A stretch of 64,000 nucleotides of DNA. Origin: Candidatus Poribacteria bacterium (GTDB lineage Bacteria; Poribacteria; WGA-4E; WGA-3G). Shown here piece after piece: positions 1-9,915 of the stretch; position 1 is the first letter of the stretch, and each line of letters starts with the position of its first letter. The notes under the pieces are model-generated. The model had not been told where the DNA came from. It saw only the letters and a list, made by a program, of their open reading frames with translations, and made no database searches. Both the position numbers and the translations under genes were made by a program. The stretch is taken from contig CBDHGE010000001.1 of assembly GCA_965262955.1 (NCBI GenBank), positions 3,103,637 through 3,167,636 on the forward strand, written 5' to 3'.

Positions 1-1288
1 GGGCATTACACATCCCTGCCATCTCATGTGCAGGAGGACCGAGTTCCGCACGCACACGCGTAATCGCGACCGAAATGGCAAAGAAAAAGGCAAAGAAAGG
101 GAGAATAATTGGAAGGGTCATTCCCGCCTTCAGGCAGAACCAGATGATATAGAGACCGGAGAGAGTGATCAACAAAATTGCTGTCCGGTAGCGGATGGGC
201 TCTTGTGAATCGTCAATAGCACCTGGCATGCCCAAGACTGTGCGCACGACGTTTGCAATATGTCTACGCGTTACAATCAAAGCAATGACAAAGATCGCCA
301 TCCAACCGCCAATCGACTGTTCGCTACCATACGGGAAAGGGGCTGGGATTGCGAGCGCGCTACCGGCAACTCGCTGGAGTTTCTCAAATATGTAGAAAAA
401 CCAAAGGGAGAACGAGAGATCAAGCGGTAAAAGGAACCCTAAACCAATTACAAACGGATAGAGTGGGACAGGAATGTTGCCGACGGCATTCCACGGTTTT
501 TCAGTAAAGGCGGCGCCCCAGTTCCGAGCGTTATGACGGACACTAAAATCTGGAAGTATTGGGAAGAAGTGTGCCAGACCGTGCCAGATATTCAATGCTG
601 CAGCGATGATGAATCCATACCAGAGGACACGGTTTCGGAAGAGTTGCGCGGCACCACCTCTTTCTGTGATTGCCATCGGAAGTTGGATGATCGGGTACGC
701 TAATTTCTCGTGCTCTGTCCACTGTTTCCGAATCAGCACATTTATGCAGATCATAATGGTGCCAAGGGCGAAAACGAGCGATGTCCACCACAAAGTCGGC
801 ATTATCCATGCCCCACCGATTTTGGCGTTATAAAAGGGCGTGTTGCCTTCGTAAAATCCACGAATAATCTCCTTGTCTGAAACAACGAGATGTTGTGGAA
901 TGTAGTTATGGAACATGTCCGCCCAGTCGTTTTCAATTGTTGCGAACCAGAATGCGTGCGGAAGTGCCGGAATCGTTAAAGCTAACGTATCGTGACCAGC
1001 CAAACCTGACGCGATAGAGAGCATCGCGTAGATCGTAATCATCTCGCCCTGCGTTAGTGCCGATCGTGGGGCGAATCGCTTTAAAACGAGATTTATCAAA
1101 ATTAAAAAGAATATATTGAGGACGACATTCCAAAATAGGGAGATGGTCGTTGGATGTCCTGAATGCCAAACACACTCAACTTCGATGACCCAAAAGACGT
1201 TAGGTGGGATTAAAAAGATCGCAATGAGTATAGCACGCCATGTAACACCAGACGCACGGCGTTGGTCTTGTTGGTCTAAATTTTCCAC
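1..1288 (-). CDS. Multi-pass membrane protein of unknown function, partial (N-terminus at 1288, C-terminus beyond position 1). Paralog of the partial CDS at 63658..64000.
   Basis: Own translation of the minus strand: GTG at 1288..1286 preceded by in-frame TAG, then an uninterrupted frame to position 1 (VENLDQQDQRRASGVTWRAILIAIFLIPPNVFWVIEVECVWHSGHPTTISLFWNVV...GEMITIYAMLSIASGLAGHDTLALTIP...). Absent from the ORF track because no stop lies in the window. Hydrophobic helices throughout. Clear similarity to the 63658+ ORF (GVTLKSILIAVILIPINCYWVIEMEVIRYSGHPVTISLFFNV...LSIASGITGHDMLE). Confidence 0.55.
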   Translation of the reverse strand, partial: MENLDQQDQRRASGVTWRAILIAIFLIPPNVFWVIEVECVWHSGHPTTISLFWNVVLNIFFLILINLVLKRFAPRSALTQGEMITIYAMLSIASGLAGHDTLALTIPALPHAFWFATIENDWADMFHNYIPQHLVVSDKEIIRGFYEGNTPFYNAKIGGAWIMPTLWWTSLVFALGTIMICINVLIRKQWTEHEKLAYPIIQLPMAITERGGAAQLFRNRVLWYGFIIAAALNIWHGLAHFFPILPDFSVRHNARNWGAAFTEKPWNAVGNIPVPLYPFVIGLGFLLPLDLSFSLWFFYIFEKLQRVAGSALAIPAPFPYGSEQSIGGWMAIFVIALIVTRRHIANVVRTVLGMPGAIDDSQEPIRYRTAILLITLSGLYIIWFCLKAGMTLPIILPFFAFFFAISVAITRVRAELGPPAHEMAGMCNA

Positions 1289-1437
1289 AGGCTATTTTTC
1301 GCTTTCTGCCGATTATCGTAAAATCCGAAAATGCTTTTAGCAGTCATAGGATTTATATTATGTATGATTCGTTTGTTGGTGTGTTTCTTCATAAAATGCG
1401 CAGCTAAAACATTGCTTTCAGAGTTATTGTCATGAAG

Positions 1438-2964
1438 TCAAAAGTGTGTAGGAGGTTCAAGTTCTTTCAACTCCCACAGGATGTGCCCGAATTCAAATGC
1501 ACCTGGTGCATTACCCCTAATCAATTCCGCGTCGATTCCCCAAGCGAGTTTGTAAGCCGCGAGAATTTGAGTCAACGAACTCTCCACGTTCCCGTGGCAG
1601 AGTAAAGCGACAGTGCCTCCTCCTCCGCCACCTGTGATTTTAGCACCATAGATGCCACCCTGTCTGCCAATTTTCCGAGCGATATTCACAAGTCCATCGA
1701 CTTCAGGTGAACCGAGTCCTGCCAAGTCGCGATAACTGGCATTGGATTCGTACATGAGGTCACCCGCCTCTCTGAGATAGTCTGATGTGTGATCTGGATC
1801 GTTATCGGCATTTTTTATAGCGGTTATGAATTGCTTGACGCGGGCATTTTCATAAATGGCATGTTCCACTCGATCCTTCACGACATACAACTTTTCGGGT
1901 TCTACTTGCGTGACGGTATCAACGGTTTCACCGTACCTTTCGAGAAACTCGTCGCCCCGCATCTGTTCAGGCAGTAAGGGTACGCACTGTTCATGGAATT
2001 CTTGCACAGAAAGATTGCACAAGTAGTTATCCGCTAATGCTTCCGACATTTTTCGATCGCGATCGTTCTCTCCAGAATCGGACTTATCTGTGGTATCGGT
2101 CCCTGATGCAAAAGCCGCTTTAAGGATAGTGAGTCCCATAAAGGCCCCAGTCCGCGTATCAATGTAGGCGGTGCTGGTTGTACTTCTGCGTACTTTCGTG
2201 TACATACCCACAAAACTTACATTCGACGGGCATGAAACAAATTCCAAGATTTTGTCTGGTTGACAAAGAATTGAAACAATTTTAGTCGACATGCCTGCGA
2301 CAGAAGTTACCTGATCCATAATCCCGCAAGGGGCACCAACAACCTGGTTTTCAACAGTTTGTGCAAGCCGCGCTATTTCTATCATGTCTAACTTTAAGTT
2401 GTAGAGTCGGTTGAGTGCTGTTAACGTCGCTACCTCAATGGCTGCAGAAGAGGAAATACCACCACCCATTGGGATATTACTGTTGATAACGATTGTGGCA
2501 CCGTGGGGGAACTGCTCAATTTTTCCTTCCTTAAGAAGCACATAAAATGCACCGAGTATGTAACCCGCCCACGCGGTACTTTGTTCTTTGTTAAAGAGTT
2601 CTCGAATCTGAGAATATGTTTTAAGAGTGCCATCGGTATAAAAATTATCAAGCGAAAGATGAAAATTAGGGCGCAATTCAGTTCCGGCATTCAGCGTGAC
2701 TGCACACAGGTGTCTGTCTTCTCTGGCTTGGCACGCGGCGATTGCGTTTCGGTTAAGGGGCATCTCAAAAACGTTCGATCCGCAGTAATCAGCGATGCCA
2801 CCCATAATGTCGAGCCTTGCCGGCGCACAGGTCACGATCACCTGTCCTCTTTTTTGTAAGCCAAAGGAAAAGAAAAGGTCAGGAGAGTCATCTTGTAAAA
2901 GGTATTCCAACTCAGAGACCTGAAATGGTTTCACGTTGGTGCCGTGGAGTTGTTCAACTTTCAT
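1438..2964 (-). CDS. GHMP-family sugar kinase (galactokinase-like)
   Basis: ARLDIMGGIADYCGS (GalK-like N motif), PMGGGISSSAAIEVA (GHMP ATP-binding motif), C-terminal KITGGGGGGTVALL. ATG at 2964. Confidence 0.75.
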   Translation of the reverse strand: MKVEQLHGTNVKPFQVSELEYLLQDDSPDLFFSFGLQKRGQVIVTCAPARLDIMGGIADYCGSNVFEMPLNRNAIAACQAREDRHLCAVTLNAGTELRPNFHLSLDNFYTDGTLKTYSQIRELFNKEQSTAWAGYILGAFYVLLKEGKIEQFPHGATIVINSNIPMGGGISSSAAIEVATLTALNRLYNLKLDMIEIARLAQTVENQVVGAPCGIMDQVTSVAGMSTKIVSILCQPDKILEFVSCPSNVSFVGMYTKVRRSTTSTAYIDTRTGAFMGLTILKAAFASGTDTTDKSDSGENDRDRKMSEALADNYLCNLSVQEFHEQCVPLLPEQMRGDEFLERYGETVDTVTQVEPEKLYVVKDRVEHAIYENARVKQFITAIKNADNDPDHTSDYLREAGDLMYESNASYRDLAGLGSPEVDGLVNIARKIGRQGGIYGAKITGGGGGGTVALLCHGNVESSLTQILAAYKLAWGIDAELIRGNAPGAFEFGHILWELKELEPPTHF

Positions 2965-3173
2965 TGGTCTTCCCGGTTAGGATGTCTTTGTAATAATGGT
3001 GGTCGACAACGCCTTGATGTAAGTGCAGAACGGAAAATCCAGTTGAACGAATATGATTTCAATTGCTCTAACTATCGCTTTAAACACGTTCCGAGTGCCA
3101 CTCAGAGAGTAAACATCTACTATATCATGTTATGCCAATTGCGTTAATTTATCAAGTCTATTTTATTGGATCA

Positions 3174-3219
3174 TTTAGTTTTCCAATAATTTACATCCGG
3201 ACGCCCGAACTTGTTCGGG
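3174..3219 (+). repeat. Interspersed repeat family A, partial copy (3' core tttagttttccaataatttacatccggacgCCCGAACttGTTCGGG with terminal palindrome)
   Basis: Near-identical to 30600..30644 and 40505..40559. The CCCGAAC/GTTCGGG arms are perfect inverted repeats. Confidence 0.6.
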
Positions 3220-3272
3220 GTAAGGCGCGTGAACCCTAACAAGGATGTAATTCAAAGAATGGATTTAGTCTA

Positions 3273-4880
3273 TTAAGGGTTAACAACCCTAACGTCCTCT
3301 CCCTCTTTTAAAGAGTGTTGTCCAGCAGTGACGACGGCATCCCCTTCCATGAGTCCGCTGATAACTTCAGCCTGACTGCCTCGTAAAAGTCCTATCTCCA
3401 CGACACGCCGTCTGCTCACATTATCTTCGATGACGAAGACGTTTTGTGTTTTTGTATTGACATTCTCAATGAGTGAAGCACGCGGAATCAGAAGTGCGTC
3501 TGTATGTACTTTGATAGGAACGGTAACTTTCGCAAACATTCCTGGCTTCAGAGTGCCTTCGGGATTGTCAATGCGAACCTCGACAGTTGCTATTCGCCGA
3601 GACGCTTGTAGCGTCGGGCTGATGAAAGTGATTGTGCCTGACATCGGTGTATCTATGCCATCAATTTCTATTGTTGCCTGTTGGTTGAGTGCCAATTGGC
3701 TCAACTGCGTCTCGATGACATCAACGGTAGCTATGACACTATCAATATTGACAATTTCAAAAAGTGGTGCTGCTGGAAGTGCCATTCCACCTAAATCTAA
3801 ATAGCGTTTGGAGATAACACCCGAAATCGGAGCGTAAATCGTAGCATCTTTCAGACGTTTTTGGGCGAGTTTGAGAGCAACCTGCGCTTGTGTACGTGCT
3901 GTTTTTGCCGATGTGATCTCTGCTTCCCAACTTTTCGCAGTTTCTAAGGCTTCGGCGGCAGTGAGTCCTGCACGTGCTGTTTCGACTTGCGAACGGGCAA
4001 GTTCAATATCTTTTTCCCATGTTTTTGTAGCCGCTTGTGTCTCTGCCAATCGTAGAGACGCTTCTGCTTGTTCGACCTGTGCTTCCATCGCTTGAATGTC
4101 CTCGACGCGAGCACCATTATCAATAAGTTGCAGTTGCTCTGTAGCGATCTTATGCTGCGCTATTGCGATGTCTAACTGCGTCTTCGCACTTTCAAGGGAT
4201 TGCTGGCTGATCGCACCGTTTTGGAAGAGTTCGGTCATTCGATCGTGATTGCTTTTAGCATTGGCGAGGTTCGCATCGGCTTGGTTTAGACCGGCTTCTG
4301 CTTGTCTCCGATCTTCAGCACGGGCACCACTTTTAATTTTCTGCAGATTTGCGACAAGCGATTCTAATGCTGCTTGTGCTTGTTCTATTTGCGTGACCGT
4401 TCGGATTTCAGAAAGGTCTACTACCTGTTGTAGTCCTATCTCTGCGGCGTGAAGTTGTGACTTCGCTTGCGCAATTTGTGTATGGACTCGGACTTCCGCA
4501 AGCTGCTTTGCCTGAGAATAGGCTGTTTCTGCTGATTCCAGGATGGCTTCTGATTGTTGCACTGCGAGTTGTAGTTCCTCATACTCCACAGTGGCAAGAG
4601 GGGCGTCTTTCTCAACACGGGCACCTTCATCTACATTTAAAGTGATAATACGTCCAGCGATCTTGGGGTAAACGCTAACTTGTGATTCTGCTTGAATGGT
4701 ACCCGATAGTTGATGTTCTAAACGGATCTCACCCCGTTTTGCCTTTGTGACTTCTACCGGTTTAAGCACAATAGCTTCAGCTTGTTGGGGCGCGGGGCTT
4801 TCACGTTTCATAAATCTTGGCACGGCTAAAATCACTGCGATTATTAATAATATACCGATGCCAATCAGTACTTTCTTCAA
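3273..4880 (-). CDS. Efflux membrane-fusion protein (HlyD/RND periplasmic adaptor family)
   Basis: N-terminal TM anchor, about 300 aa of coiled-coil (repeated AQ/LE heptads), C-terminal beta-barrel/lipoyl-like region (GMFAKVTVPI...ALLIPRASLI). Start is TTG at 4880 with AAGGAG 10 nt upstream. Confidence 0.8.
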   Translation of the reverse strand: MKKVLIGIGILLIIAVILAVPRFMKRESPAPQQAEAIVLKPVEVTKAKRGEIRLEHQLSGTIQAESQVSVYPKIAGRIITLNVDEGARVEKDAPLATVEYEELQLAVQQSEAILESAETAYSQAKQLAEVRVHTQIAQAKSQLHAAEIGLQQVVDLSEIRTVTQIEQAQAALESLVANLQKIKSGARAEDRRQAEAGLNQADANLANAKSNHDRMTELFQNGAISQQSLESAKTQLDIAIAQHKIATEQLQLIDNGARVEDIQAMEAQVEQAEASLRLAETQAATKTWEKDIELARSQVETARAGLTAAEALETAKSWEAEITSAKTARTQAQVALKLAQKRLKDATIYAPISGVISKRYLDLGGMALPAAPLFEIVNIDSVIATVDVIETQLSQLALNQQATIEIDGIDTPMSGTITFISPTLQASRRIATVEVRIDNPEGTLKPGMFAKVTVPIKVHTDALLIPRASLIENVNTKTQNVFVIEDNVSRRRVVEIGLLRGSQAEVISGLMEGDAVVTAGQHSLKEGEDVRVVNP

Positions 4881-4958
4881 TTTGTCTCTCTCCTTTTATC
4901 GACGTTATGCGGAAATTATATCTGTTTTGTCCGAGGCAAGATTCCTGTATTCTATTTT

Positions 4959-6362
4959 CTATTGTAGACTTTGTCCTATCGCTTTTTCCAGTCTTACCAA
5001 ACCGACGACGTAATCATGATGTGCTTGAAGGCGATTAACTTCTGCTTGTGCGAGGGCGAGTTGTGTGTCAGTCAACGCAACGGTGGTAATAATACCGTTT
5101 TGAAATTGTAGGTTAGCGATACGGACACTTTCTCGTGCTTGTGCGATAGCCTCGCGCTGAACATCGATAAGGGTTTGTGCGCCAAGAAGGTTGAGATAGG
5201 CGGAGCGGACCTCAAATTCGACACCTACTTTGACTTGGTCGCCACCTAACTGGATCTGTTTTAGAGCAGATTCGGTCTGTTGCACGGCTGCGCTCGTTGC
5301 GAATCCATCAAAAATCGGGATGTTAATTTGAAAACCGACACTCCAGATCCTGTTCATTTCCGTAAGTCGTTCATTCTGTGAAATCTGATAATTTGAGAAC
5401 AGACCGAGGTCGGGAAGCCGTCGCGTTTTAGCAATGTCAATCTGTTTGTAAGCCGCTTGTTCACTAAATTGTGTGCGGCGTACCTCTGGGCGATTTTCGA
5501 GTGCTTGTTGTATTAATTTATCAAGATTTAACGCCGGCATTTGATGATTTTCTGGTATTGCGAGTGTGCCTTTTACTGTTACATCCTGTGCGAGTGGGAC
5601 GTTAAGCACTGTTTTATAGGCGTTTTTAGCGGTACGAACGCCATTTTCGGAGCGAATTAGCGTTGATTTAGCGTTTGCGAGTTGAACCTTTGCACGAAGG
5701 ACATCAAAGTTAGTCGCTGCACCTGCTTCAAGCGATACCTCCGCAATTGCAAGTTGTTCTTCAACGAGGGAAACGCTCTGCTGCGCTACTCTAACGAACT
5801 CTTGTGCGACCAAAGCACCGTAGAAGGCTTCGGATACGTCTAAGCGGAGTTGATTATAGGCAGCATCGACATCGCGTTGTGTAGCCTGATAGTTGAGTTG
5901 TGCGGCTTGGTAGCCATAATAATAACGTCCCCAGGCAAAGATCGGCTGTGTTAAATTAACTGTGCCTTGGGCGTTGTGATGTGCACCAAATTCCAATTCA
6001 ATCAGGTCGGCTTCGTTATCCGCACTGGGCGGTTGCATCCCATTCATTGCTTCGCCCGGCATTGGAAATCCGAATCCGCCATCGGCTCGAATTACTGATT
6101 TTTGGATGTCCTTAAAATAGGTGTAATTGCCGCTTGCTGCAACCCGTGGTAAGAGTCCCCCGAGTGCTGCACGAACTTGTGCTTCGGCGGCTTTAAGGTT
6201 TTGTTCGGCGGTCTGAACGGTCAGATTGTTCTGTTTGGCAATTTCAATGCTCTCTTCTAACGTCAAAACCTTCGGTTCTTGCGCCATAGCAGAGAGGTGT
6301 ATTAGGAGTAATAATAAGGTTCCACCAACACAGATGAAGTGGCGGAACCGTAGTGGGTGCAT
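4959..6362 (-). CDS. Outer-membrane efflux protein (TolC-like OMF)
   Basis: Signal peptide then LTLEESIEIAKQNNLTVQTAEQNLKAAEAQV... Two tandem TolC repeats (QLRLDVSEAFY..., LGGDQVKVGVEFEVRSAYLNLL). Start moved to ATG at 6362 (GGAGG upstream). The ORF track's longer 6461 start lacks a signal peptide. Confidence 0.8.
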   Translation of the reverse strand: MHPLRFRHFICVGGTLLLLLIHLSAMAQEPKVLTLEESIEIAKQNNLTVQTAEQNLKAAEAQVRAALGGLLPRVAASGNYTYFKDIQKSVIRADGGFGFPMPGEAMNGMQPPSADNEADLIELEFGAHHNAQGTVNLTQPIFAWGRYYYGYQAAQLNYQATQRDVDAAYNQLRLDVSEAFYGALVAQEFVRVAQQSVSLVEEQLAIAEVSLEAGAATNFDVLRAKVQLANAKSTLIRSENGVRTAKNAYKTVLNVPLAQDVTVKGTLAIPENHQMPALNLDKLIQQALENRPEVRRTQFSEQAAYKQIDIAKTRRLPDLGLFSNYQISQNERLTEMNRIWSVGFQINIPIFDGFATSAAVQQTESALKQIQLGGDQVKVGVEFEVRSAYLNLLGAQTLIDVQREAIAQARESVRIANLQFQNGIITTVALTDTQLALAQAEVNRLQAHHDYVVGLVRLEKAIGQSLQ

Positions 6363-6480
6363 TGTCCTTGTGTCCTCCAAGGTTGGGTAAAGGCAGGTTT
6401 TTAGCAGGTTCACCTCTACAAATGAAATCGTGAAGGTAGGTGGGCAATGGGCTTTGCCCACCTAAGTTGGATAAGCAAGA

Positions 6481-8370
6481 TTAATAGCGAATGATAGTCG
6501 TCGAATCGCCGATTGCCCAAAGTGTGCCACTTGGTGTTTGGACAAGATCCCACAGATCACTTGCAGTCGGTGATTCCTGCATCAACCAAGTGACACCACC
6601 ATCGGTTGTGTGGAGGATTGTGCCATTTTCTCCAGCTGCCCAGCCTTCGTTGGCATCATGAAACAGAATAGCGTTGAGATTCGTTTGCGTTGGGACTGTC
6701 TGCTCGGTCCACTCTACACCACCATCCGTAGATTTCATAATGGTGCCTTGTTCTCCAGCAACCCAGACAGTCTGTGCGTCAAGAGCGAAAGCATCTTTTA
6801 AAGTTGCCCCTCTCTGCATAGGTGTCCAAGTCTGGCCCGCATCCATAGTCTTTGCGATAGTTCCAGCATCACCAACGACCCAACCGGTTTTGTCGTCTAT
6901 AAAGTGGACCCCGTAGAGGTTATTAAAACCTGCGCCTGTCATCATTGGGTCTATATCTTGTCCGATCCATGTTTGTCCTGCATCGGTGGTATGCATAACT
7001 CTTCCGGTTTCCCCGACAGCCCATGCGTGTGTCGCTGTTCCGAAACTCATGGCGTAGGATCCCATTGCACTACGCCAACTCATCATGCCTTCAAATATAA
7101 TGCGTTTGGCAGTACCGTGTCCTTCATCACCTGGGTCGCTAACCCCATGCCATGTTTTCCCGCCATCAAGTGTTTCTGCAAGTGCTGCATTGCTTCCAAC
7201 GATGTAACCTCTGTTAGCATCCACGAATCCGACGCCGAAAAGTTCAAAGACGTTTCCACTAAGTTGCGGTTTCCACGTTTCACCGCCATCATTGGTATGC
7301 AGAACGCTCCCTGACAAGCCGACCGCCCAGCCGAGTTTGTCGTCATGAAAATAGACACTCCGTAAATGGCTTGAACTGGAGACGATGTCCCAGGTGTCTC
7401 CACCGTCAGTTGTATGTATGATAGTTGCATCATTTCCGACCATCCATGCTTCGGTTGGACTGAGCATGTGGATACCTTGTAAACGAGACGCAACGGGGCG
7501 CGGATCAAGGGGTGCCCAACTTATGCCACCGTCTGTTGTACGGAGGATTACACCGAATTCGGCGGCGGCAATACCAACCTTTTCATCAGCAAAGTGAACA
7601 TCCCAAACAGGTTCAGGCATACCGTTAGAATTTGGGACTCTACTCTCTTGGACTTCCCAATTGGTACCATCAACTGTTGCAACAATAGCACCACCGGCAC
7701 CGACTGCCCATCCGACTTTTTCACTTAGCATAGAGATTGCATCGAGTGTATTAACTGTCGCACTGGTCTGGAATTCCCATGTCTCTCCACCATCTTTGGT
7801 ATGGAGAAGGGTGCCACCGCCGCCTGCTGCCCAACCGACCGTCGCACTCACAAAGTCGACCCCTTCAATTGTATTGTTGGTATCGATTTCCTGTTTTGCC
7901 CATGTCGTGCCACCATTTTTCGTGCTAATGATGAGACCCCCATCTCCACTCGCCCATCCGTGTTGTGCATCGGCGAAGGAAACACCTAAGAGGGCGGTGA
8001 GGGTGCCTGTGTTCTTTTTCATCCACGTCTGCCCGCCATCTGTGGTTTTCAGAACCATACCATCGTCCCCAACAACCCAACCGGTTTGCGGGTCTATAAA
8101 GCGGACTTTCTTTAGTACAAGGTCAAATGGCAGCGGTTGACTCGGCTGCCTGTTCCATGTTTTCCCACCATCTTTGGTATGTAGGATTGTTGAATTGCTA
8201 CCTACGATCCAGCCATGTTGTGCATCTACAAAAAAGACATCGGAGAAGTGCGCCTGCCACTCGGATTCACTGACTTTCATCCACGCTTTTTGGGCAAGCG
8301 CTAACTGCACAGTGCAGAGCAAGAGCAGGGCTACCAAAATAGATAATATATGTTTTCTCGGTTTCATCAA
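6481..8370 (-). CDS. Secreted BNR/Asp-box repeat protein (Ycf48-like / sialidase-fold beta-propeller)
   Basis: Signal peptide and at least 12 S/T-D-G-G-x-T-W Asp-box repeats (KDGGKTW, TDGGQTW, KNGGTTW, KDGGETW, TDGGISW, TDGGDTW, NDGGETW, LDGGKTW, TDAGQTW, MDAGQTW, TDGGVEW, TDGGVTW). Confidence 0.75.
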   Translation of the reverse strand: MMKPRKHILSILVALLLLCTVQLALAQKAWMKVSESEWQAHFSDVFFVDAQHGWIVGSNSTILHTKDGGKTWNRQPSQPLPFDLVLKKVRFIDPQTGWVVGDDGMVLKTTDGGQTWMKKNTGTLTALLGVSFADAQHGWASGDGGLIISTKNGGTTWAKQEIDTNNTIEGVDFVSATVGWAAGGGGTLLHTKDGGETWEFQTSATVNTLDAISMLSEKVGWAVGAGGAIVATVDGTNWEVQESRVPNSNGMPEPVWDVHFADEKVGIAAAEFGVILRTTDGGISWAPLDPRPVASRLQGIHMLSPTEAWMVGNDATIIHTTDGGDTWDIVSSSSHLRSVYFHDDKLGWAVGLSGSVLHTNDGGETWKPQLSGNVFELFGVGFVDANRGYIVGSNAALAETLDGGKTWHGVSDPGDEGHGTAKRIIFEGMMSWRSAMGSYAMSFGTATHAWAVGETGRVMHTTDAGQTWIGQDIDPMMTGAGFNNLYGVHFIDDKTGWVVGDAGTIAKTMDAGQTWTPMQRGATLKDAFALDAQTVWVAGEQGTIMKSTDGGVEWTEQTVPTQTNLNAILFHDANEGWAAGENGTILHTTDGGVTWLMQESPTASDLWDLVQTPSGTLWAIGDSTTIIRY

Positions 8371-8763
8371 GTTTCACAGCGTCAAAACACACGCCCATTA
8401 GGTGTGAAGTGAACGCTGACCTCCTTACTTCTTAGAATGGGCTTGCAAGCAACGCCCCTCGTTTTAGATAGTGCCTTTACTCCTCAAGGACTATGAACTG
8501 AAGTCTATATGCTTTGTTCTATTTTATATAATACTACTCTTGAAAGATTATGTCAACCGAAAAGTAAGGGCATTTAGATCGTTTAGCTTTCCTTTTTCCG
8601 CAGTAGGCGAGGTTTGTAACCTTGCCGATCTACCTTACCAATCCACTTCTTTCCTCTATCCTGCAAATCTTGGTTCAGACAACTCATAACCCACAACCTA
8701 CTACCTTCTTAACTAACCGCTGATAGCTGATAGCTGAGAACTGGACACCCTATAAAAATTGGG

Positions 8764-8799
8764 TTGACGCTTGCCTTAGTCTTGTGGCATAATCATAAT
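8764..8799 (+). promoter_or_regulatory. Putative sigma70 promoter for LamG-1 (TTGACG, 18-nt spacer, CATAAT; duplicated cataat)
   Basis: ttgacgcttgccttagtcttgtggcataatcataat, about 90 nt upstream of the 8888 start. The -10 is imperfect. Confidence 0.3.
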
Positions 8800-8887
8800 T
8801 GGATTAGGTTCAAAAAGATCTCGCTAATCTGTTAGATAAATTCGTTTTGTTGGGACAAAAATATCTCAACACATTTAGGAGGTTTTT

Positions 8888-9691
8888 ATGAAATTTATGA
8901 CCCAATTGATCTGTGTAGGATTTAGTCTCATTTTAAGCCTATGCCTATTTCTCACACCTGCCTTCGCCCAGCTTGGGATGGATACCTTAGTGGGGCTTTG
9001 GCTGTTTGATGAAGGTAGCGGCGACACCGCTATGGATTCTTCCGACAGTGGGCTTGATGCAACCTTGGTAGGGAATCCGAGCTGGGTAAGTGGCGTATTT
9101 GGTTCAGGACTGGAGCTTGACGGTTCAGGTGCCTACGTTGAGGTCCCCGCACACGTAAATCCGACTGATGCAATCACCGTCTCAATCTGGGTGAAAAGTA
9201 TGACGGATGATTGGAATCAGCACGGTTGGATGGTTGAAAAGCGGAATGCATATATTATCCATCCAAACCAAGGGACCAAAAACGTTTCCTGGCCCATCTG
9301 TAACAACGGTTGTTGGAACAAACCCGGTGGCTGGCGCGATGGCGAAGTCGGACCCGATGACATCACCGAATGGCATCTTTACACCGCTACTTTTGACAGC
9401 GCAAGCGGTGAGTGGAACATCTATATCGACGGTGTAGCAGAAAGCACAATGGAAATCAATACCGATCCAATTGATGCTGACGATGGTCCGGTTTTTATCG
9501 GTCGGGATACCTGTTGTGATGGCAGATTTGGCGATGCAGTCATCGATGAAGTCGCTATCTTCAACGTTGCCTTGACCGAAAGTGAAATCCAGATGATGAT
9601 GGATAAAGGGCTTTCAGCATTGCTCCTGACCCCTGTTGAACCCGAAGACAAGCTCTCTACGACTTGGGCAAATGTGAAACAACAGTATTAA
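8888..9691 (+). CDS. Secreted LamG-like (Laminin_G_3 / concanavalin-A-like jellyroll) protein, paralog 1
   Basis: Signal peptide, LVGLWLFDEGSGDTAMDSS...GNPSWVSGVFGSGLELDGSGAYVEVP (canonical Laminin_G_3 opening), C-terminal ...LSTTWANVKQQY. RBS AGGAGG 7 nt before the ATG. Confidence 0.7.
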   Translation: MKFMTQLICVGFSLILSLCLFLTPAFAQLGMDTLVGLWLFDEGSGDTAMDSSDSGLDATLVGNPSWVSGVFGSGLELDGSGAYVEVPAHVNPTDAITVSIWVKSMTDDWNQHGWMVEKRNAYIIHPNQGTKNVSWPICNNGCWNKPGGWRDGEVGPDDITEWHLYTATFDSASGEWNIYIDGVAESTMEINTDPIDADDGPVFIGRDTCCDGRFGDAVIDEVAIFNVALTESEIQMMMDKGLSALLLTPVEPEDKLSTTWANVKQQY

Positions 9692-9698
9692 TCGCATT

Positions 9699-9736
9699 CA
9701 GTAGGCGAGCAACGTTTCTTCCCTGCTCGCCTACTG
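9699..9736 (+). terminator. Strong hairpin downstream of LamG-1 (13-bp perfect stem CAGTAGGCGAGCA/TGCTCGCCTACTG, 12-nt loop). Likely a terminator or attenuator.
   Basis: Perfect inverted repeat read directly. No clear T-run follows. Confidence 0.4.
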
Positions 9737-9915
9737 CACTATCAACTTTCCTGCCCTATAGGAACCTCTCCACACATCCACAATTTCCTTGACATCAATT
9801 CACCCCTATGCCATACTGAACAACGAAGTTCGGGCTTGATATCCGATTGTTGATATCAAGCCGTAGCTTGCGCATACTGCTTAGATTTCGTCTTGAGAAA
9901 GGAACATTTATTATT

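Noticed and set aside
7661-8140. 159-aa + strand ORF rich in Pro/Ser/Ala
   Set aside because: Antisense to the BNR-repeat gene; its composition reflects the reverse complement of the repetitive Asp-box codons.
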